Shown here: positions 59,701-64,000 of the stretch, piece by piece
Position numbering within the stretch: the stretch's first letter is position 1
Layout of the letters: the number at the start of each line of letters is the position of its first letter
DNA from: Oceanispirochaeta sp.
GTDB taxonomy: Bacteria; Spirochaetota; Spirochaetia; DSM-2461
DNA: 64,000 bases
NCBI GenBank assembly: GCA_963666275.2
Contig: CAXXOA010000002.1
Span: 128,001 to 192,000, forward strand
Direction of reading: 5' to 3'
Notes under the pieces: generated by a model
Seen by the model: the letters and a program-made list of their open reading frames with translations, nothing else
Databases searched by the model: none
What the model was told of the DNA's origin: nothing
Made by a program: the position numbers and the translations under genes

Positions 59701-60467
59701 AAAGCAGCCCAGAGAGAGGCTATCTTTTCAGCGGTAGACTCCCGCTGCCGGGTCTTCAGATCCCTGAAAATCTGAAAGATTTCCTGAGTGCTCCAGTTGC
59801 GGGCCTGCAGTGGGATCAGGGCATCCCGGAGACCCCCCTCTCCCCGGGAAAACGCTTCCAGCTCTTCCAGGGAGGCTTTCACAGTTCTGTCATCGGGAAT
59901 CCGGATCACATCCGAACCGTCCAGTTCATCCATGGTGATCTTCACAAGTCGACCGACAGCCTCATCCAGGGATCCGCTGCTCTTGAGGAACCCCCTGATG
60001 AGCTCTTTGTCCTCCTCCCTGATATTCCGGAACCGGCTGTAGAGGTAGTCTCTCACACCCTCTTCGATCAGGGAGGAATCACTCAGGAACTCCTGCAGAA
60101 AGGAGGATCCCGATTCAAAAGGATAGGTCTGCAGGACATGCTGACAGAATCCATGGATGGTAAAGATTGCCGCTTTATCAAAATTATGACGGGCTTCCAG
60201 AAGCAGGGATTTCCGGGGCGCATCTGTTTCAGCCTCCGGCCGGGAAAGTTCCGTCAGAATGGACCTGATCCTCTCACGGAGTTCCCGGGTGGCTTTATTG
60301 GTAAAGGTCACCACAAGGATCTGATTCAGCGGAATCTGATACCGCCCGATCAGTTCACAGACGACCCTCTCGAGATTGTAGGTTTTTCCGGTTCCCGCCG
60401 AAGCTTCCAGCCTGATGGAATGCCTCAGATCCGCCTCGAAGGGATTAAAGGATTTGGATTCAGACAT
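56712..60467 (-). CDS. recB: Exodeoxyribonuclease V beta subunit
   Basis: ASAGTGKT, TFTNKAT, DEFQD, GDPKQSIY, YVSLTRA, nuclease GFIDL..DWKT. Confidence 0.95.
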   Translation of the reverse strand: MSESKSFNPFEADLRHSIRLEASAGTGKTYNLERVVCELIGRYQIPLNQILVVTFTNKATRELRERIRSILTELSRPEAETDAPRKSLLLEARHNFDKAAIFTIHGFCQHVLQTYPFESGSSFLQEFLSDSSLIEEGVRDYLYSRFRNIREEDKELIRGFLKSSGSLDEAVGRLVKITMDELDGSDVIRIPDDRTVKASLEELEAFSRGEGGLRDALIPLQARNWSTQEIFQIFRDLKTRQRESTAEKIASLWAAFPDTGDMAAWLDWFFSKDEQIGGVPASLLLALTESSLEEKSAKGLSPEDLPDKTLVRAVTGLFEALEPFCDPQSPDKGIHRKLLGYAFVRDVVQGALPLIEDKKKIRGMRDFSDLIKTLHSRLSSDPDGPLAKVLKQQYRVVLVDEFQDTDRMQWDIFSTLFTGDPEHNLFLIGDPKQSIYGFRGADLSVYFEACESIAREDQYSLGTNFRSRREVVEGCNFLFDRLFSLPVKGSRPVPFQPVEAAGVKGADPVDADGHVLPAITFCEIHSGSDKEQENKDILKLAWMREIVRRAEQFLKEEYQLVLGEDSRPVQPGDIAVLMDTNGDCENMQKHLESRGISSVIYSDRRVLDTEEADLFGLFLRSLARPSDRSSLRALLVSRVFRLNASDLSRMEETGELDEMSLLFHSWKNRCDQGGLIRVFHALFEKEDLLPGRVSSSWKNRLLKLRSGDRSCTNLMHLAELFHQEQKNRSLDAHGLFDLYVKMKNDPSPDDQKQVRLDKDGEAVQILTHHSSKGLEYPIVFFFGGMQDGKTGNRSELTYYWDDRRYRDFLMTGDSRAKAALSDWEERKRLYYVSLTRASSLLLMPFFPQSDLYYLSSIYGALCGPDLLKDAEELVKDPSPETHWPYHSHMQWRDRKAIKQKKTGFHRKIGDQMMLLARTYPELFLFAPCDREEGSLSLFENSEPRPVGDSPELHCARWTPGAPFYERIIRVDSFSSLSAGRHGAVPDTAGADQDADRDGEDAGEIPPEEESGILGLTRGAEFGNLVHYIFENIDFGRGNLSLEAWFDNDLFGPTETYAFLEEAAVRFFDQDWWKQYQRPLGEMVWNVLNCPLEETGPLKDLAPEVLKAEMEFLYKIEEESRIRMAEWSTQVRKGYLKGFIDLIFRHNDRYYIADWKTTVPSGRGVLSDYDPEKLEDTMHSHLYDVQARIYIKALVRYLSTLDPGFDYERDFGGVYYFFVRGMSGDQGKRGVYFIRPGREDLDTFLKGSGDDA

Positions 60468-63400
60468 CGCCACTCTCCCTGGAACGGGCAAAGAAGGGAA
60501 GGTAGACAAGCTCCACAAATTCCCTCAGCCTTTCCGGATCCGTTTCCGGAGGAGTATCCATAAACTGCCGTCTGTACAGGCACTGGGCAAAGGGACTATG
60601 GGGAGAAAAAGCGGAGGGTTCGGCTTTCTCCAGCCAGGTCTGCGAAAACAGTTCCGCCAGCCGGGAGCTTGTCATATCGGGATGAGAGGCCAGACTTTCA
60701 GCCAGAACCTCGCCCAGTTCGGGGTAGACCATCAGGGGCTGCTCAATCTGATCCCGGCAGAACAGCAGCAGACGGGCCAAGCGATCCGCCCCTCCGGAAA
60801 GGAGAATATCCCCGGAGCCGCTTCCCCCCGGGTCTGACAGGCTGAAAACTCTGGCTGGAAAGCTCCTTTTCCCGACCAGATAGAGTTTCAGCGACTCTAT
60901 CCGGGGAATCATCCGGTTCTCCCGGAGAGCATTCATAACAAGGCACTTGATCAGGGATTTCATGTAATGCCGGACTGAAGGCTCACCGGACTCGCAGTAC
61001 TCCAGGGTTTCCCATTCCCCCGGAGTGTCAGCCGAGGGACTCAACTCTTCCAGAAGCCCCGAAAGAGAGAGAGCTGATCCGTCGGGAAGGGAAATATCAA
61101 GATGGGGAATTATCACAGGAGGATGCAGAGTCTCATCCCTGTAGCTCTGATAGACCATATCTTCCGGAGAAATCAGGTAATCCCGCGGATCAGCGAGCCC
61201 CCGGGAGAGCCCCTTCTCCTCCAGCTGTTTCCGGATCTCCTCCAGTCTTTCCGAGTAGAAATCTTTCTCCAGAAAAACAAGCTGCGAATCGGGCAGACGG
61301 CCCCGTTTCTGCTGATCCGACAGATACCTGTCCAGGGCTTCCGGATCTTCCAGACCGGATGGATCATCCAGGATCCCTTTGAGATAAAGGTATCGGTCAA
61401 GAAAAGGAGATTCCCAGTTTTCCTGGCTCTCCTCCTCCCTGTTGTCTCTGTCTTCCAGATAGATTCCCAGAGCTTTTCTATAGTAATAGGCTCCGGGGTT
61501 CCCCAGAAACTGTTCCAGTTCCCGGAGAGTCATAACAGGGGATTTTTCCGGAACCTCCCTGTTCAGCCCGATCCGGGGGAGTTCCTCCTTCTCCGGAAGT
61601 GCGGCAATTCTGGCGCTCTTGAGAGCCCCTTCATTGAAAGAAAGGCTTTCTTCAGGGCCGCTGAAATACTGGAGATCATAATTGTGAATAGATTCCCTTA
61701 CAACCAGAGTCTCCCGGGCGGATTGACCATCAGGGAACGCGAAAGTCCCGTCCAGATATTCAAGCAGCTCACTGATCAGAACCGATGGCTGCAGAGTTTC
61801 TCCCCGCACAGGGTCTCTGTCATGATAGAAAAGGGTCAGAGCATCCGAGGCGGACAGGAGGGTCTCCAGAAAGGCATACTTGTCACTTCCCCTGCGGGAA
61901 AGATCAATAGTCTGCTGAACCAGCTCTCTCAGATCAAAACTGAGCTGCAGATCCTCCCCGGGAAAAACACCTTCATTCAGCCCCAGAACATAGATCCTTT
62001 TAAAGGGGATCGCCCTCAGAGGTTTCAGAGAGGAACAGGTAACCCCCTGAGTCAGATACCGTCCCCGCTCTCCTCCCGACTTTCTGACAAACTCCGTCAG
62101 AAGTGTGCGGAAAACGGGAAAGTTGAGATCACCTCCCCCTCCTTCGGGGTTCAGCGTTTCTTCAGAAAGAGAGATCAGATCTCTGAAGGTCCCCTTCAGT
62201 CTCCATCGGTCACTGCTGTCCTGCCCTTCCCCGTCCCGGGGGACCAGATAGCTTTCCATAAGGGCTTCCGCCAGGAGAACCCATTTTTCCAGGGGCAGAT
62301 TAATCCTGTTGAGTTCATAAAAATCATGAAAAAGTCCCTCTACAAGATCCATGAGTTTTCCGGCGCTCTGATTTCCTGTCTCATCCTGCAGGGTGTAGGG
62401 AAGTCCAGGATCATCCTGTTCCTCCAGGAAAAAACCGTCCCGGAGGCGGCGGAACCCCTCTTCCCAGGAGTTGAAATCTGTTGCTTCGGGAAAAAAATCC
62501 TGCTTATGGACCCGGTCCATTCCCCATTTGATATTCAGGGACTCACAGAGATCCAGCCAGAAATCCCGTTCATCCCTGTTGATCTGAAAAGCTTCACAGA
62601 AACAGGGATTATCAAAGAGCTGAAACAGATCTTTCCGGGTAAATTTTTCACCGGGAAGTGAGAAGAGCTGTAGAAATCCCTGAATAAAGGGAGAGTCGGA
62701 TGTTCCGTTCAGATCCACAATATTATAGGGAAGATGATCCCGTCCCGGATGGTCCCCGTCTCTGGATGGGAACAGGGCTTCCAGAAAAGGGGCATATTCA
62801 TTGATATCAGGCGCCAGTATGCAGATTTCAGTCAGATTCAGGTCAGGATCCCTGTTGAGAGCATTTAAAACAAGATCCTTCAGAACCTCAATTTCCCTCC
62901 AGCGGGATGTAAAGGTATGGATGGAGAAAGAGTGGTCCCTACTGTCCAGAACTCTCTTCTCAGAAGGGATACGATCTTCCAGAATATCCGACTGAAGGAT
63001 ATGGAGAAGAGAATCCTCCTCGACAGGAATGTATTCGTTCTGCCTGTCAGGATTATCAAATCCTTCGGAAAGAGTGGCAAACCCTCCGATCAGGGTGCTC
63101 CAGCTTTTCAGTAGGGGATGCGATACATCTCCCTTCCACCGGGAATAGGTTCGCGAAGGAGAGAGGATAAAGTGGTCCACCTCTATATCCTTCGAAAGAT
63201 GATGAAAGAAATTCAGACCCGTATCACCCAGAAAGGAGGAACCGAACAGAACCACCCGCCGGATAACTCCGTCATAGGGTGCTCCGGATTTCATCACAAC
63301 CGACAGGATTTTACTCAGATGCAGATAGGGCTGATCTGAATGAAACAGAAGATTCCAGAGATGCCTCTGCCACAGTTCATGCTTTCTCATCCCCTCGGGC

Positions 63401-63933
63401 ATAGTCCCGTAGGCTCTGCCTTCCTCCCAGGGAGAGACTAAAGCCCGGCAGTTCATGCCGTAATGGTTGAAAAGTCCGGCGATGCTGTCGGCCAGATCAA
63501 AAAGCCTCCCCGAACGGACCCGATTCTGCTCTTTGGGATTCTCGGGATCCCCGGAATGAACATAGCGGAAGAGTTCCCCGTACACAGGGTCATCTTCTGT
63601 AATCCCTGCCATGAGAGTCTCCAGGATCTGAAAGAGGATAAGTTTCATGTTATCCAGAAAGAGGACAGGTTTCTCCGGCTCTCCCAGCAGATCCCGGGCA
63701 CCGGGATAGCCTGAACAGAACTCACGAAGAGCATTCTCAGGCATAAAATAGGTAAAATCTCCACTGATGCCCCTGATCCTGGCAAGTTCCAGTTTCAGCC
63801 ACTCCCCCATATTTCTGTTTTGCACCACAAGACAGAGGGTCTTGTCAAAAAGAGAATCGGGAAGAAATTTTTGAGGATATTTTTCTACAAACCCTTCAAG
63901 AGTATTGCTTTGATAGATGTGGTATGCGCACAT
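60460..63933 (-). CDS. recC: Exodeoxyribonuclease V gamma subunit
   Basis: YQSNTLE, WLKLELA, REIEVLKD, PDINEYAP, LRAIPFK, FLETLLSA; upstream of recB. Confidence 0.93.
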   Translation of the reverse strand: MCAYHIYQSNTLEGFVEKYPQKFLPDSLFDKTLCLVVQNRNMGEWLKLELARIRGISGDFTYFMPENALREFCSGYPGARDLLGEPEKPVLFLDNMKLILFQILETLMAGITEDDPVYGELFRYVHSGDPENPKEQNRVRSGRLFDLADSIAGLFNHYGMNCRALVSPWEEGRAYGTMPEGMRKHELWQRHLWNLLFHSDQPYLHLSKILSVVMKSGAPYDGVIRRVVLFGSSFLGDTGLNFFHHLSKDIEVDHFILSPSRTYSRWKGDVSHPLLKSWSTLIGGFATLSEGFDNPDRQNEYIPVEEDSLLHILQSDILEDRIPSEKRVLDSRDHSFSIHTFTSRWREIEVLKDLVLNALNRDPDLNLTEICILAPDINEYAPFLEALFPSRDGDHPGRDHLPYNIVDLNGTSDSPFIQGFLQLFSLPGEKFTRKDLFQLFDNPCFCEAFQINRDERDFWLDLCESLNIKWGMDRVHKQDFFPEATDFNSWEEGFRRLRDGFFLEEQDDPGLPYTLQDETGNQSAGKLMDLVEGLFHDFYELNRINLPLEKWVLLAEALMESYLVPRDGEGQDSSDRWRLKGTFRDLISLSEETLNPEGGGGDLNFPVFRTLLTEFVRKSGGERGRYLTQGVTCSSLKPLRAIPFKRIYVLGLNEGVFPGEDLQLSFDLRELVQQTIDLSRRGSDKYAFLETLLSASDALTLFYHDRDPVRGETLQPSVLISELLEYLDGTFAFPDGQSARETLVVRESIHNYDLQYFSGPEESLSFNEGALKSARIAALPEKEELPRIGLNREVPEKSPVMTLRELEQFLGNPGAYYYRKALGIYLEDRDNREEESQENWESPFLDRYLYLKGILDDPSGLEDPEALDRYLSDQQKRGRLPDSQLVFLEKDFYSERLEEIRKQLEEKGLSRGLADPRDYLISPEDMVYQSYRDETLHPPVIIPHLDISLPDGSALSLSGLLEELSPSADTPGEWETLEYCESGEPSVRHYMKSLIKCLVMNALRENRMIPRIESLKLYLVGKRSFPARVFSLSDPGGSGSGDILLSGGADRLARLLLFCRDQIEQPLMVYPELGEVLAESLASHPDMTSSRLAELFSQTWLEKAEPSAFSPHSPFAQCLYRRQFMDTPPETDPERLREFVELVYLPFFARSRESGDV

Positions 63934-63936
63934 GTC

Positions 63937-63999
63937 CTACCGGACGCGGCGGGCCAGGGTCCAGATGGAACAGAGAATAATCGTGTCCATGGAAACATT
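63937..63999 (-). CDS. 3' end of an unidentified gene upstream of recC (truncated by window edge)
   Basis: Open frame ...NVSMDTIILCSIWTLARRVR* ending 3 bp before the recC ATG. Confidence 0.45.
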   Translation of the reverse strand, partial: NVSMDTIILCSIWTLARRVR

Positions 64000-64000
64000 G

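Noticed and set aside
54992..62661. Long + strand ORFs (432, 344 and 519 aa) opposite recD/recB/recC
   Set aside because: Antisense shadow frames with no motifs or RBS support.

Overview
A 64-kb, gene-dense stretch of bacterial chromosome. A free-living anaerobic spirochaete (Spirochaetaceae-like) is inferred from a DUF3996-like OMP, a TPAT (TatT/TRAP) system, spirochaete-style substrate-binding-protein signal peptides and hydG. Contents: two c-di-GMP proteins, rhaA plus a class II aldolase and AraC, a MATE transporter, a SmtB/CadC-cadA-DUF1847 metal module, tRNA-Ser(CGA), an OmpA-domain protein, a Na/Pi cotransporter, two sugar ABC clusters, nfo, a CDF transporter, a MtaA/URO-D-thioredoxin fusion with two COG0523 GTPases opposite an Rrf2 regulator, proC-DGC-ptsP, xylAB, a long rluA-mutY-TPAT-MFS-TPR operon, hydG, ychJ and recCBD. 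I saw no prophage, integrase, transposase or CRISPR array. The most interesting signals are: (1) a 77-aa protein patterned like a stand-alone HK97 A-domain (family 4 encapsulin/DUF1884-like); (2) a methyltransferase-thioredoxin fusion lacking its Zn-His ligand, paired with two dissimilar G3E GTPases; (3) nested REP-like palindromes at two loci; (4) three operators at an exact 32-bp period; (5) repeated apparently leaderless genes; (6) a structured hydG leader. All calls come from reading motifs by eye; no database searches were run.
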